Position numbers and translations under genes: made by a program. A stretch of DNA of 48,964 bases from positions 1 through 48,964 of the forward strand of contig CAAGFF010000140.1 of the NCBI GenBank assembly GCA_900769055.1. Reading direction: 5' to 3'. The notes under the pieces were generated by a model. That model made no database searches, was not told where the DNA came from, and saw nothing but the letters and a program-made list of their open reading frames with translations. The DNA comes from an uncultured Prevotella sp. Its GTDB lineage: Bacteria > Bacteroidota > Bacteroidia > Bacteroidales > Bacteroidaceae. Positions 26,406 through 37,793 of the stretch are shown here, one piece after another; within the stretch, counting starts at the first letter, position 1, and each line of letters begins with the position of its first letter.

Positions 26406-29400
26406 TTACTCTTTGCTGCCACTGTCAATAAGCGCTGCATACAGACCGTCGTGGCGCAGTATATTCTCATCACCGACTATATATAGTTGCTTGCGCGCCC
26501 GAGTGAGAGCCACATTCAGCTTGCGGTCAATAATCTGGCCATCCTCCTCGAAGCTGTTGGCCGTGAGGAAGTCGAGCTGGCTGAGATGCCGCACGGTGGT
26601 AGAATAGATTATCACATCACGCTGCGACCCCTGGTATCGCTCAACGGTATCTATGCACACATCGGCAAGCTGCGTAATTCCGTAGGCCTCAGCCTCGCGG
26701 CGTATCATGGCAATCTGGTTGCGGTAGGGCACGATGACTCCAATGGTTGTCTCCGCACGGAACCTGCTGCCATACTCCCTGTAGGTCTTTGCCAACAGGC
26801 GTGCTACGATGCGTGCCTCAGCAACATTCACCTTCTCCGACGACGTAGCCTCGGAAAAATCCTGCGGTGACTCATCTGCAGAAGATATGAACACTACCCT
26901 TGGCGACGGCGACGGTTCTGTCTGGTGAGGCAGCGGCACGGGCGTAAGGTGCTCGTTGCGGTAGAAGCAGCTGTTGGGAAACTGCGCTATGTCGGGGTGC
27001 ATGCGGCCATATTTGTTTAGCGTGCCCACGAAGTGGCTACGCTGATGGCGGTGTTCGTTGCGTATGAGCCTCTCGAAAAGCGACTCACGGCAGTCCCGAA
27101 GACCAGTCTCAGCAAGCAGTCCACTCTCAATGACCGACTCTGACGCATCCTGCCTTACCACCGCAGGCAGCTGTTTGTAGTCACCAATAAGTATAAACTT
27201 CGACATAGGCTGCTGTGTGGCGGTGCCAAATGGCCGTCGCGCCGAGCATAGGAGCCCAATGATGTCGGGTTCCAGAATCTGACTGGCCTCATCGACAATG
27301 ACGAGCGAGAACGTCTTTATGTCAAACAGGTAGGAACGGGAGGCAAGAGTGCTGGTAGTTCCGACAATGATGCGTGCCTCGCTGATGGTATGGCGGATAT
27401 CATCGAGATTTTCCCGGCCTGCAAATCTTTTCGACAGCAGGCGGTTGCGAAACCGTGCATCACAAGTATACTCATTGCCTATGCGCAGGAAATCATAGCC
27501 GTTGTCGGCAAGCATGCCACATATCTCGTCGACAGCTCTGTTGGTGTATGCCGTCAGCAGCAAGGACGCACAGGGCGAGGCCAGTTCCTCTGCAACGAGA
27601 AATCTCAGTGCCATTGATGTCTTGCCCGTGCCAGGCGGTCCCACCAGCAGGAAGTAGTCATCGGCCTGCTTTGCCTTCAGAACTATATCATCGTAGGATG
27701 GATTATATGATTTCGTAAGGCACCTTTCAGCGTTGCGGCGAGGTTCCCTCCGCCCCATGAGCAGGTCACGGTTGACCTGCGCCGTTGCTGCAAACTTATG
27801 AAGGCTACGCACGGCAGCTGTTGCCGAACTGTCGCTGCCGCAGTGTTCCACGGCATATCTCAGAGGACTCCCGGCATCGGTACCGCTATTGTCGGGCGAT
27901 GGTGGGCAGACCATGAAATTGTCGGCGTTATGCTGACCGTTGCTCAGGCACACGACGATGGTTCCTGTCCGCATCTCAGCCAGCGTACCCTTGAAAAGTA
28001 TGGCTTGCCTCACATCAGGCTTGCCGCGGTAGGCATAGAGATAGACCATGTCGCCCTGACGGAAGTTGGGGATGAAGGTGTCCGAGCTGTCGGGAACGGA
28101 GAGCGTGAGTTTGTCATACCCCCGGCCCTCGTCCGAGCGTTCCATGCCACAGAGGGTCAGTCCGCAGAATATGTTGCCTGTCTCCACCTTCTCCTCTAAC
28201 GGCATGTTCCACAGGTCGGCCATGCTGTTTCCCTGTCCCAAGGTTCCAGTCTTGTTGTATAGCTGCTCACGGAAGACGAAGGTCATCATACGACAGAAAT
28301 ATTCCCTGTCGGCACCCTCCAAGCAGGTAACGGGAAGGATGACGCTCTCTAATTGCGGCCTTACATAGTTTGTCCACAGCTTGTCCGCGACGCCTTTCTC
28401 GTTAAGATTGGCCGTCTTCAGCAATGGCATCACAGCCTGGAAGCCCTGTCTTGCAACTATAAAGTCAAGAGCTACGGCCCTGTTGCGGAACTTCAGAGCC
28501 TCGGCGAACAGTCGTTTGTAAAAGCTGACAACGACCAGTCCTCCGGGAAGCGGGTACTTGGAATAGAGCAGGCGTATGTCGGTCTTGTCGGCTGGAAGAT
28601 TGAAGTTATGCCTGAGCACGCCATAGTAAAGGAGCACCTGCACATAGTGGTCTTCTTTCTGGTAGCTGCCATAGCTGTTTGGTGTCTGTCTTTGTATGTT
28701 CCAGTTGGCTCCTGACTTCTGCTCCACAAGCAGGCGGAAATCGGTTGTCATGAGGTCTACCCTACCCTGTATGCCCAACGCCTCGCACACAAACGACGGC
28801 TCAAGCATAGCCTTGTCACGGTCAAACTGTCCATCTTCTCCAAACAGCAGGTTGGCTACCTGCACAATATTGCCAGCCTGGCGTGAAGCTGCCACAGCAA
28901 ACTGTTCCTTGGCATTAAGGTCACGGCATGAGGCATACTCAAGTGCCTTTTCCCTGACGTTGTTCCAGAGTGTTGCCCTCCAGTCACACCCGGCATTCCC
29001 ACATACGGCATCATCGAGCAGAGCACCTGCAAAATTTCCCAGCAATATGGCCTGGCTGTTGGCAACGGGCGTCATGCGGCCAAGAAGATAAGCAAGCGGA
29101 CTGTGCCCATAGTCGGTAAAACAGCGGGCAATGGTACTGATGTCAAGCAGATAGTCAGGCTCTACGATGATGTAGTCGGCTGTGTGCATATCGCCCTCGC
29201 CCTTTCTCACCCCGATGAGGTTCACCTGAGTGCCGCAGGCAAGTATCTTGGCAAGATATTGCTGCTGCTCGTTGCCGAAATCGACCTTCAGCACAATGTC
29301 ATCACCGTCAGTATCAGCCTTGGCTGTCATGGTATAGCCATCGATGCTGGCAACGACACACCGGAGCTTGCGATAGTCTATAGCCGCAACAGCCTTCACG

Positions 29401-29783
29401 TGGCTATACACTCGTGGTAAACGTGGAGTGAGAAATGCCGGTATGGCATCGCCAAAGACTGCGGAAATAAGCACAGAAAGGGCACGGCAGTCATCGCCTA
29501 TGACAGCAGCTTCCGAAGGATGATTGGTATTGCGGCGCATACGCTGTATGGCTGCGGCATCGGCTCGCTGGACTGACAGCTTACGGCACAGATAGTCTAC
29601 CTGCGAGAACAGGTTGCCGAAAGACTGTCCGCTGCCAGCCGTGCCCTCCTGGCACACCAGCAGCAAAGCCTCATGCATCATCCTGTATGCAGCTGTCCTG
29701 TCGGAAGAAGCGGCATCAAGTATTGCCGAGACTCTTCGGAACAACTCGTCAGAAGTGGTATATCTTCGTACTTTGTGTGACAT
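26406..29783 (-). CDS. Dna2-like nuclease-helicase (mirror copy)
   Basis: Identical to 19182-22559. Confidence 0.88.
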   Translation of the reverse strand: MSHKVRRYTTSDELFRRVSAILDAASSDRTAAYRMMHEALLLVCQEGTAGSGQSFGNLFSQVDYLCRKLSVQRADAAAIQRMRRNTNHPSEAAVIGDDCRALSVLISAVFGDAIPAFLTPRLPRVYSHVKAVAAIDYRKLRCVVASIDGYTMTAKADTDGDDIVLKVDFGNEQQQYLAKILACGTQVNLIGVRKGEGDMHTADYIIVEPDYLLDISTIARCFTDYGHSPLAYLLGRMTPVANSQAILLGNFAGALLDDAVCGNAGCDWRATLWNNVREKALEYASCRDLNAKEQFAVAASRQAGNIVQVANLLFGEDGQFDRDKAMLEPSFVCEALGIQGRVDLMTTDFRLLVEQKSGANWNIQRQTPNSYGSYQKEDHYVQVLLYYGVLRHNFNLPADKTDIRLLYSKYPLPGGLVVVSFYKRLFAEALKFRNRAVALDFIVARQGFQAVMPLLKTANLNEKGVADKLWTNYVRPQLESVILPVTCLEGADREYFCRMMTFVFREQLYNKTGTLGQGNSMADLWNMPLEEKVETGNIFCGLTLCGMERSDEGRGYDKLTLSVPDSSDTFIPNFRQGDMVYLYAYRGKPDVRQAILFKGTLAEMRTGTIVVCLSNGQHNADNFMVCPPSPDNSGTDAGSPLRYAVEHCGSDSSATAAVRSLHKFAATAQVNRDLLMGRREPRRNAERCLTKSYNPSYDDIVLKAKQADDYFLLVGPPGTGKTSMALRFLVAEELASPCASLLLTAYTNRAVDEICGMLADNGYDFLRIGNEYTCDARFRNRLLSKRFAGRENLDDIRHTISEARIIVGTTSTLASRSYLFDIKTFSLVIVDEASQILEPDIIGLLCSARRPFGTATQQPMSKFILIGDYKQLPAVVRQDASESVIESGLLAETGLRDCRESLFERLIRNEHRHQRSHFVGTLNKYGRMHPDIAQFPNSCFYRNEHLTPVPLPHQTEPSPSPRVVFISSADESPQDFSEATSSEKVNVAEARIVARLLAKTYREYGSRFRAETTIGVIVPYRNQIAMIRREAEAYGITQLADVCIDTVERYQGSQRDVIIYSTTVRHLSQLDFLTANSFEEDGQIIDRKLNVALTRARKQLYIVGDENILRHDGLYAALIDSGSKE

Positions 29784-29881
29784 AGATAAATCACGTTAAA
29801 GAATTCAAAGAAGGCCGAGAAGTTTGCCATCTTTTCATTATTTTTGTAACCACAACAAAGGATATATAATAATCAGATATT

Positions 29882-30352
29882 ATGGACAAAGAACAACTTA
29901 TGCGTAGAGCCATAGCCTTAAGCAAGGAAAGCGTACGCTCCGGTGGCGGTCCCTTTGGAGCCGTCATAGCATCCAAGGACGGAGAAATCATTGCCGAGGC
30001 TTCCAACTCCGTAACCATCGACCATGACCCGACGGCACACGCCGAGGTGAACTGTATCAGGAAGGCAGCCGCCAAACTTGCATCATTCAACCTCGCCGGG
30101 TACGACATCTACACCTCGTGCGAGCCCTGTCCCATGTGTCTTGGTGCCATTTATTGGGCACGCCTCGACAGGATATTCTACGGCAACAACCGCAAGGATG
30201 CCGCGGCAATAGGGTTTGATGACGACTTCATTTACCATGAGCTGGCACTAAATCCCGCCGACCGCTCGAAACAAATGGAGACGCTCCTGCCCAAAGAGGC
30301 TCAGGAAGCATTCAGAATGTGGAAGGAGTCGCCCGTCAAGACAGAGTATTGA
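29882..30352 (+). CDS. guaD: Guanine/nucleoside deaminase (mirror copy)
   Basis: Identical to 18613-19083. Confidence 0.85.
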   Translation: MDKEQLMRRAIALSKESVRSGGGPFGAVIASKDGEIIAEASNSVTIDHDPTAHAEVNCIRKAAAKLASFNLAGYDIYTSCEPCPMCLGAIYWARLDRIFYGNNRKDAAAIGFDDDFIYHELALNPADRSKQMETLLPKEAQEAFRMWKESPVKTEY

Positions 30353-31340
30353 CAATACGGCTGAAGAACACCTTGATGTCTTCCCAAGTCTTGAAAGTGT
30401 CACTGCCAAACTCTATCACCGTACCCATGAAGCTGCTGCATGGTGCTGCGCTTATGAGATAGTCGCCAATGAGGTTCTGCGGCTGATTGGTGAATATCAC
30501 CCTGTCGTGGGCAGGGGTGGACAGATATTCCTCCGTCCACGTCATCATTGCATCAATGTCGTGATGGCGGTTGGTGGGGCATGGAGCTACTATACGGACA
30601 TCAAAAGTCTCAATGAGCTGCTCGTATGTCTTCACCATGCTCGACTTAGGCCGTCCGAAACTGTCTTTCAGGGTATCGGCGGCAATATATAGGCATGGAC
30701 GCTCCCTACCCTCCTGCTTGTCGCTTATCCATCTTATCACAGGCACAACACCATGCAGGAAGGCACTATCATCCATGCGATGCTCGCCATGGAAGTGCAT
30801 GGCCTGGGTATAATGCCCGCAAAACAGGTCGAAAGTATGCACCACGGGGTCGCAGTCACCAAACAGCCCATAAACATGCCCGTCGTCTTCGGCTGCATGT
30901 TCGAAGCACTTCATACACACGTCCCTATACTCCTTTTCCAGAGCCTTGGTAACGATAAACTCCGTCTCGCCGTCAGCACGCGGGTTCTGCCATAGCTGCT
31001 TTCCTGTCATGCCATGCTCCTTCATAGTTTCAAACATCTGGAAAGCAGGGTTTACGCAGATACGGTCGATGCCGTAGAGCATCTCGGCATACATGCCGCC
31101 CATGGAGGTTCCTATTATGAGGTCAGGCTTTTCCTTTGCGCACACATCACGCAGCAGAGCCATGGCCTCAGCAGGATGCAATGGCATGTCGTAAGCTATC
31201 ACCACGGCATTGGGAAGCGCATCCTGGATGCGCTTCACCGTTCCAGACTTGGCCGACGAGCCAAAGCCGTGGATATACATTATCTTCTTTCCCCTCATCA
31301 GGTCAGGGAACTGTCTGATATACGGGTTTTCCAGAGTCAT
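30336..31340 (-). CDS. YqiA/YcfP-like esterase with NT5C-like domain (mirror copy)
   Basis: Identical to 17625-18629. Confidence 0.75.
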   Translation of the reverse strand: MTLENPYIRQFPDLMRGKKIMYIHGFGSSAKSGTVKRIQDALPNAVVIAYDMPLHPAEAMALLRDVCAKEKPDLIIGTSMGGMYAEMLYGIDRICVNPAFQMFETMKEHGMTGKQLWQNPRADGETEFIVTKALEKEYRDVCMKCFEHAAEDDGHVYGLFGDCDPVVHTFDLFCGHYTQAMHFHGEHRMDDSAFLHGVVPVIRWISDKQEGRERPCLYIAADTLKDSFGRPKSSMVKTYEQLIETFDVRIVAPCPTNRHHDIDAMMTWTEEYLSTPAHDRVIFTNQPQNLIGDYLISAAPCSSFMGTVIEFGSDTFKTWEDIKVFFSRIVNTLS

Positions 31341-33838
31341 TGTCTTTTTAATATTTTCTTACCATCCTTAATATATATGCCCCTTGTAGGGCTATCGGTC
31401 TTCACTCCCTGCAAGTTATACCACCCGCCATCAGCCGTGGCATTTCCCGCCGTTGTGGAGGAATCATGCTGAATCCTGATACCATCCGGTATCTCATTGC
31501 CAAGCCTTAGCAGGCGGGCTCCATGGCTCCGGACCGTAGTATTGACAGTACCTGTGAACGTGCCAAGCGCCTCGCCACTCCACACGTCATATACGGGCAC
31601 AGGCTCATCCGCACCATATCCCAACAGTGTGAGGTCGAACGCAAAGTCATCGTTGCTCTTGTCAGCATATATCAGAAATTCCATTGTCGTGCCAGATGAC
31701 GAAGGATTGTCGGTATCGCAACTTGAGTCGTAGCCACAGAGAGCCTTGAACCTAACGTAGTTGTGTCCTTGAGGCAAGTCATAAATGATGGTACATTGCG
31801 CATTGGCGCCCAAACCGTTGGCATAGGTCCTACCCTCAATCTTCAGCGGTCCGCCCTCGACATTGGCATTGGTATGCAGCGTACCCCAATCGGAGGTATA
31901 CGATGTTGGTTTTAGTGTTGTGAGCTTGGTCTCATTGCCTTCAGCATCCACCAGCACGGGGTTAACGATGTCTGCTCTGTCGTATGCAAAGCCGTCGCCA
32001 CAGTTGCTCACAACAATGCGCAGCTGGTCAGCACCTGTTATGTCAGCCTCTACAGTGGCACTCTTCGTACCAGACCTTGAGATAACTCCTGTGCGGGCTG
32101 CACAGTCATCCTGCTCGGCAGTAAGAGGATTGGTGTCGAAGACCATAAAGCGGATGCTCGTGGTAGAGCCTGTCTGGTTGATGCCAGAGTCATCGGCGGC
32201 GGCCATAGCCTTAAATCTTACCACATCCATATCATCGGGGATGGTAAAGAAGATGGCCGCATTGGCATCTGTAGAGAAGCCACGGTCGTATGCCGTTCCC
32301 AGCACCTTCATCTTTCCGCCATTTTCTACATTCTTGTTCTCATATACCCTATTGAAATAAGAGTCGGTATACACGCGGCTGCGGTAAGTGCCCGTAAGTT
32401 CCACCTCGGTGCCATCTCTGAGCACCAATGTGGGATTAATCCAGTCTGCATGGTCGTAATTGTAGTTATCCCCAGCATCATCGACCACCAGCACAAGAGT
32501 CTTGCTGCCCTCAGGCCATTCTATATCAACGTCAACGGCATGACCGTCGGTGGTATATGCCACGGTCTCCGACTTATAAAGAGCCTTGGCTCCAACCACC
32601 CATCTGTTGTTGTCGCGCTGGAAGAGTGCCAGATACCTGTTGTCCGTGGCAGGATCTTCAGATGTCCATGCCACCTGACCACGGTCCTCATCGCACATCA
32701 CCTCATGGGCATTCTCTCCGTATGCGTGCATGTAGAGGTATTCGTCATTGGTAAGAAGCGACAGCGTGAACGCGTCATTCTTCGTCATCTCACCACCGAA
32801 GAAGAGCGGCGAGTGACAGATGCCCCATAGTGTCATAAGCGAGTATTGCTCGTCCTGAGTCAGATTAGTCCAACGGCCACTCTGCGCCGAGGTATATCCC
32901 GGGTCGCCGATAGTCATGGCAATCTGCCCCAGCGGCAGCATGTCACAATCGGCATAGTTACCCGGACGGTAGTATTGTGACCATGCTCTCGCCTCATTGA
33001 AGACGGCATCCACATGGCTCCAGTTATCCCACAGGTCGTCCATCATTCGCCACATGTTGGCATTTTCAAGACAGTCGGCGGCATACTGGTACATAGTCTT
33101 GCCAGGACTCAGGGACAGCACTATCGGGCGTCCCGTCTGGTCTATGGCACGTCTTATCATACGCAGCTCATCAGCATGGAACGGACGTGACAGGTCATCA
33201 ACCTTGATGAAGTCCACTCCCCATGAGGCATAGAGGTCCATGATGCTGTTGTAATACAGCTGTCCGTACTCGTTGTCACTGACGGTGAGATTGTCCTTGA
33301 GCCACGTACATGCAGGCACGGTGCTGGTATATACGCTGCTCCATGGTGTCTGCTCAGAACCTTTCAGCTTGTATGCAGAGCCGACAACGGCCTTAGGCAG
33401 TCCTCGCATGATGTGTATTCCAAATTTCAGCCCCATGGCATGGAGGCTGTCGCCAATGGCCTTGAAGCCGCAGTTTACACCATCGCGAATGGCGGACGGG
33501 AAACGGCGGGGCGAGGGCAGGTAGCGTCCATAATCATCGAGAACATATCCCTGGTTGCCCGTCTCGTTGTATTGTCCACCACCCAGCGAGGGATGGTCGC
33601 AATACCAGCGGATGTCTATGACTACATACTGCCAGCCACGCTCTGCCAGGCCATTGTCAACAAGGTACTTGGCATTCTGCATAACTTCCTTTTCGGTTAC
33701 TGACGAATAGTAACAATCCCAAGAGTTCCAGCCCATTGGCGGTGTCAGCGCCCACGTACGGAACACGCTCATCTCTTCCTGAGCCACTGCCGCCATCGCC
33801 GACAGCAACAAGCAGCATGTAGTAATTAGTTTTCTCAT
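31337..33838 (-). CDS. GH27 glycoside hydrolase with NPCBM-like modules (mirror copy)
   Basis: Identical to 15127-17628. Confidence 0.88.
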   Translation of the reverse strand: MRKLITTCCLLLSAMAAVAQEEMSVFRTWALTPPMGWNSWDCYYSSVTEKEVMQNAKYLVDNGLAERGWQYVVIDIRWYCDHPSLGGGQYNETGNQGYVLDDYGRYLPSPRRFPSAIRDGVNCGFKAIGDSLHAMGLKFGIHIMRGLPKAVVGSAYKLKGSEQTPWSSVYTSTVPACTWLKDNLTVSDNEYGQLYYNSIMDLYASWGVDFIKVDDLSRPFHADELRMIRRAIDQTGRPIVLSLSPGKTMYQYAADCLENANMWRMMDDLWDNWSHVDAVFNEARAWSQYYRPGNYADCDMLPLGQIAMTIGDPGYTSAQSGRWTNLTQDEQYSLMTLWGICHSPLFFGGEMTKNDAFTLSLLTNDEYLYMHAYGENAHEVMCDEDRGQVAWTSEDPATDNRYLALFQRDNNRWVVGAKALYKSETVAYTTDGHAVDVDIEWPEGSKTLVLVVDDAGDNYNYDHADWINPTLVLRDGTEVELTGTYRSRVYTDSYFNRVYENKNVENGGKMKVLGTAYDRGFSTDANAAIFFTIPDDMDVVRFKAMAAADDSGINQTGSTTSIRFMVFDTNPLTAEQDDCAARTGVISRSGTKSATVEADITGADQLRIVVSNCGDGFAYDRADIVNPVLVDAEGNETKLTTLKPTSYTSDWGTLHTNANVEGGPLKIEGRTYANGLGANAQCTIIYDLPQGHNYVRFKALCGYDSSCDTDNPSSSGTTMEFLIYADKSNDDFAFDLTLLGYGADEPVPVYDVWSGEALGTFTGTVNTTVRSHGARLLRLGNEIPDGIRIQHDSSTTAGNATADGGWYNLQGVKTDSPTRGIYIKDGKKILKRQ

Positions 33839-33861
33839 ATCTGATTTTTTTAGTTATTATT

Positions 33862-33990
33862 TTTCCCGATTACCCGATAATTCGATTACTCGAGAACTCG
33901 ACATCTCGATTACTCGATAACTCGACATCTCGATAACTCGACAACCCGACAACCCGATCTCTCGATTATTCGATATCCCGAATTATCCGA
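33862..33990. repeat. Octamer tandem repeat (mirror copy)
   Basis: Reverse complement of 14975-15103. Confidence 0.85.
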
Positions 33991-33995
33991 AATTG

Positions 33996-34709
33996 TCAAT
34001 AAGCCACTCCGAATATCTCCGCCACACTTCGGTAAGTCCTCACTTCTGGATGCTCAAACTCCTTTACCGACTCATACTGCCACAGATATCGTGATGGCAC
34101 GTATGCCGCCTTTGCCCCAGCCTCTACTGCCGGGAGCACATCGCTCTTGAAGGAGTTGCCGACAACGAGCGTCCGGCAGGGCTCCACGCCCATTCGCCGG
34201 CAAAGAGAGAGTACGGCATCCGATGTCTTATCGCTGACAATATCGACAACTTCAAAATATTCCTTCAAGCCCGAGCGCTGGAGTTTCGACTGTTGGTCAA
34301 GCAATTCTCCTTTGGTGAACAATGCCACTCTGACACCATCAAACCTGGTTAACCACGACAGGGTCTCGCTGACACCTGCAAACGGACGCACATCAAACGT
34401 CAGCAGGCTACGTCCCATATCGGTTATCTCCATTATGTCAGAGCCACTGATGGTGCCATGCGTCATTGCACATGCGTTCTCTATTAGTGAAATGGTAAAC
34501 GCCTTCACACCAAAGCCCAGCAACGGCATGTTGCGGCATTCTGTAGCATACAGGCTGTCGCCAACAGACTCTGGAGTAAGGCCGTAGGAAGATAGCAGGC
34601 GGCAGTAACGCTCCTGCACGAGCTCAAAGTGAGACTGGCAGTCCCACAACGTATCGTCGGCATCGAACACAACGGCACGGATGTCTCCGGAATATATAGC
34701 TTCTCGCAT
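33996..34709 (-). CDS. HAD superfamily hydrolase (mirror copy)
   Basis: Identical to 14256-14969. Confidence 0.9.
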   Translation of the reverse strand: MREAIYSGDIRAVVFDADDTLWDCQSHFELVQERYCRLLSSYGLTPESVGDSLYATECRNMPLLGFGVKAFTISLIENACAMTHGTISGSDIMEITDMGRSLLTFDVRPFAGVSETLSWLTRFDGVRVALFTKGELLDQQSKLQRSGLKEYFEVVDIVSDKTSDAVLSLCRRMGVEPCRTLVVGNSFKSDVLPAVEAGAKAAYVPSRYLWQYESVKEFEHPEVRTYRSVAEIFGVAY

Positions 34710-34841
34710 AGTTATCGGGTTAGGATTACCACATTCGTAGAATGTTTATGCAAAGATAGTACAAAAAATCAGATAAAAGAACAATACCTACTTTTTTTCT
34801 CGCCTTTCTTTCGTCAATTCGAATAAAACAATTACCTTTGC

Positions 34842-35162
34842 ACAATCCGCACTCTATGAGGGTATAACATTAGCCTACAAATAGGCGGCGGACAACTTTT
34901 TTTACAGAAACGCGTCACAAACGATCTGTTCCGGGCTGCTTGAACCTGAGAAACTCAATATCCCTACGGAATAAGGTCTATAGTGGATGCTTACGGGTAT
35001 GCTATGACTGTATCCCGGGGTGTGCTGCGAGGACTTACCATGTCCTCACGCACACTTTATGGATACACGACACATACGATGTGGGTATCACTCTGTCAGT
35101 TCCAGGGAAGGCTTCTCAGGGCCTAAGTAGCGGATTGACAGATGTGGTAACCCACTTTTTTT
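34842..35162 (+). ncRNA. Candidate structured ncRNA (mirror copy)
   Basis: Reverse complement of 13803-14123; follows TACCTTTG at 34833-34840. Confidence 0.55.
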
Positions 35163-35323
35163 ATGGTGCGCTTTTCCACGGCTACGTGATAACAACTCAA
35201 ACATATACTCCATATTCCATTAAAGCATGGAAACGCAAATCCTTGGGGCAACGGCTCCAGGGATGTTTTTATGATGGTTTCAATAAACTTCTACCTTACA
35301 TACCATGTTTTTTTGCGAATTCA

Positions 35324-35594
35324 TCTACCACACCTACCACAACACTATATAACAATCTGTATACTAAGCGTTTAAGTGGTGGTAGAAGGGTGGTAGATGT
35401 GGTAGAATATTTTTACTTTTGGGGTTTTACGGTACATTTCGTGCTATTATTTTGAAAAACGTTACGAAAAAAGGCAGTATTTCAAGCATTTTTAGTTAAA
35501 GTAAAAATATTCTACCACACCTACCACACCATCTACCACCAACTAAATATTTGTGTACCAATGTTTTAACCCCTTTGTGGCAGGTGTGGTAGAA
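35324..35594. repeat. CTACCAC iteron-like inverted array (mirror copy)
   Basis: Reverse complement of 13371-13641. Confidence 0.75.
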
Positions 35595-35624
35595 GAATTT
35601 AAAAATTACAGTAAGGGAGTGATG

Positions 35625-35772
35625 AGAAAACCGCTGGTTTTACGGTGTGAAAAACAGCGGTTTTCGATGTGAAAAACAGCGGTTTTCGGTCTGAAAAACG
35701 CCGTTTTCCTGAGTGAAAACCGCTGTTTTATTTTTGTAAAACGCCGTTTTTCGGGATAAAAACCGCCGTTTT
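35625..35772. repeat. 22-bp-period palindrome array (mirror copy)
   Basis: Reverse complement of 13193-13340. Confidence 0.8.
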
Positions 35773-35832
35773 CTTATTTGCTACTTTACTACTTCGCGTC
35801 AGATAAGACACACCTTGATCTTTGATTTCTCT

Positions 35833-37119
35833 CTATTCGCTCAGGAAGGTCTTAAATGCCTTGACACAGTATTCGTGGTCTGCCACGCTTCCCGTCTCGC
35901 GGCAGCTGTGCATGGCCAGGATGGCGTTGCCCATGTCGACACCACGAAGAGGTATCGATGAGGCAAGTATGTTGCCAAGGGTGCTTCCACCAGCAACATC
36001 ACTATGGTTGACGAAACGCTGGCATGGCACACCTGCCTTGCGGCATATCTCCGAGAAGACAGATGCCGAGACGGCATCACTGGCATACTTCTGCGCGGCA
36101 TTGAACTTTATCACAGGGCCACCACCCAGGACGGGATGGTTCGTGGGGTCATACTTCTCGCTGTAGTTGGGATGCCAGGCATGGGCATTGTCGGCAGAAA
36201 CCATGAAGGCCTTCTCTACCGAGCGCCAATAGTCCTCCTCGCCCCCTCCCTGTGCAATGGCTATGCGGCGCAGAAGCGAGGAGAGGAAAGGACTGCCCGC
36301 TCCTTGTTTAGTCTGCGAGCCTGTCTCCTCATTGTCGAAGATGGCCAACACGCTGGTAACCTCGCCATCAGACGTGCCCGTTAATGCCTCAAGTCCTGCG
36401 TAGCACATAGACAAGTCATCAAGACGGCCCGAGGAAATAAACTCGCCGTGAACGCCGAAGAGGCAGGCTGGAGTCGCGTCAGCGAGATAAAGGTCGAAGT
36501 CAAGTATCTCGTCCTGGCTTATGCCAAGCTCATTGCTGATGACACCAAGGAGCATATTGCCCTTCTCCAGTTCGTCCGTCACCATTCCCAGCAGTGGCAG
36601 CATGTCTTTCTGCCGGCTAAGCTTCACACCATCATTCACCTGACGGTTGAAGTGTATGGCAAGGTTGCTTATCTGAAGAAGAGGCCTGCGCACATGCATT
36701 AGCAACGTGCGAGGCTCCAAAGGACTTTCACCCCGGACTATCACACGACCGGCAAGTGTTAGCGGACGGTCAAACCACGTTGACATTATCGGGCCTCCAT
36801 ACACCTCGGTATTGAGCTTCACGATACCTCCCTCACAGAGCATCTCCGCATTGGGCTTTATCCGGAATGTCGGAGAATCGCAATGGGCGCATATCATGCG
36901 GAAGCCTACTTCTGCGAGCGGCTTACTGCCTATGCGGAAAGCATATACCGACGAATCGTTCTTCGTCACAAAAAACTTGCTTCCAGGCCGAACATCAGCA
37001 AGGGCATCACGGGCATCAAAACGAGTGTAGCCCGACTGTTCAAGCTCTGCAACAATGTTTCTTACTGCCAGAAAGTTGACTGGCGAGTCATCAAGAAATC
37101 GTAATAGACGGTTTATCAT
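35833..37119 (-). CDS. apeB: M18 aminopeptidase (mirror copy)
   Basis: Identical to 11846-13132. Confidence 0.9.
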   Translation of the reverse strand: MINRLLRFLDDSPVNFLAVRNIVAELEQSGYTRFDARDALADVRPGSKFFVTKNDSSVYAFRIGSKPLAEVGFRMICAHCDSPTFRIKPNAEMLCEGGIVKLNTEVYGGPIMSTWFDRPLTLAGRVIVRGESPLEPRTLLMHVRRPLLQISNLAIHFNRQVNDGVKLSRQKDMLPLLGMVTDELEKGNMLLGVISNELGISQDEILDFDLYLADATPACLFGVHGEFISSGRLDDLSMCYAGLEALTGTSDGEVTSVLAIFDNEETGSQTKQGAGSPFLSSLLRRIAIAQGGGEEDYWRSVEKAFMVSADNAHAWHPNYSEKYDPTNHPVLGGGPVIKFNAAQKYASDAVSASVFSEICRKAGVPCQRFVNHSDVAGGSTLGNILASSIPLRGVDMGNAILAMHSCRETGSVADHEYCVKAFKTFLSE

Positions 37120-37188
37120 ATTATGGTCATTAAAATCAATATATTGTTCTGGTGGTTCCATTACTTCCCACCTTCTATCTTTGCGGGA

Positions 37189-37767
37189 TTATCCGAAGAG
37201 ATGCTCAAAGAGGACTTTCAGTCCTATAGCTATAAGAACGGTACCACCGACAAGTTCCGGTCTCATGCGTTTTGCCACACCCTTTCCAAAGCGTATGCCA
37301 AGGATGCTGCCTGTTATGCTGAAAGCAAGAGAGACAAAGCCGATGACGGCAAGGGGCATGACAAGCGTTGGCATGGAGGTATAGCCAAGGCATGCGAGGG
37401 AGATTCCCACGGCGAGCGCATCGATGCTCGTTGCTACGGCAAATGTCAGCTGCGTCTTTATGTTGCAGGGATTGAAATGATGGTCGGCATCATCGTCCTT
37501 GAATGACTCCACTATCATCCTTCCTCCAAGGAACGACAGCAGGCCAAATGCCACCCAGTGGTCGACATTCTCAACATACGTACTCAACTTTGCCGTACAT
37601 AGCCAGCCCACCAACGGCATTAGTGCCTGGAAGAGTCCGAAAAGAAAAGCCGTTGTGAGAATGGTACGCCAATCGTAACGGCGAAGCAGGACACCAAACA
37701 CTATGGAGACAGTGAAGCAGTCCATGGCAAGGGCTACAGCCAGCAATATTATTTCAACAACAGTCAT
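37189..37767 (-). CDS. mntP: Manganese efflux pump MntP (mirror copy)
   Basis: Identical to 11198-11776. Confidence 0.9.
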   Translation of the reverse strand: MTVVEIILLAVALAMDCFTVSIVFGVLLRRYDWRTILTTAFLFGLFQALMPLVGWLCTAKLSTYVENVDHWVAFGLLSFLGGRMIVESFKDDDADHHFNPCNIKTQLTFAVATSIDALAVGISLACLGYTSMPTLVMPLAVIGFVSLAFSITGSILGIRFGKGVAKRMRPELVGGTVLIAIGLKVLFEHLFG

Positions 37768-37793
37768 ATCTGCTATAATATACGGTTATCAAA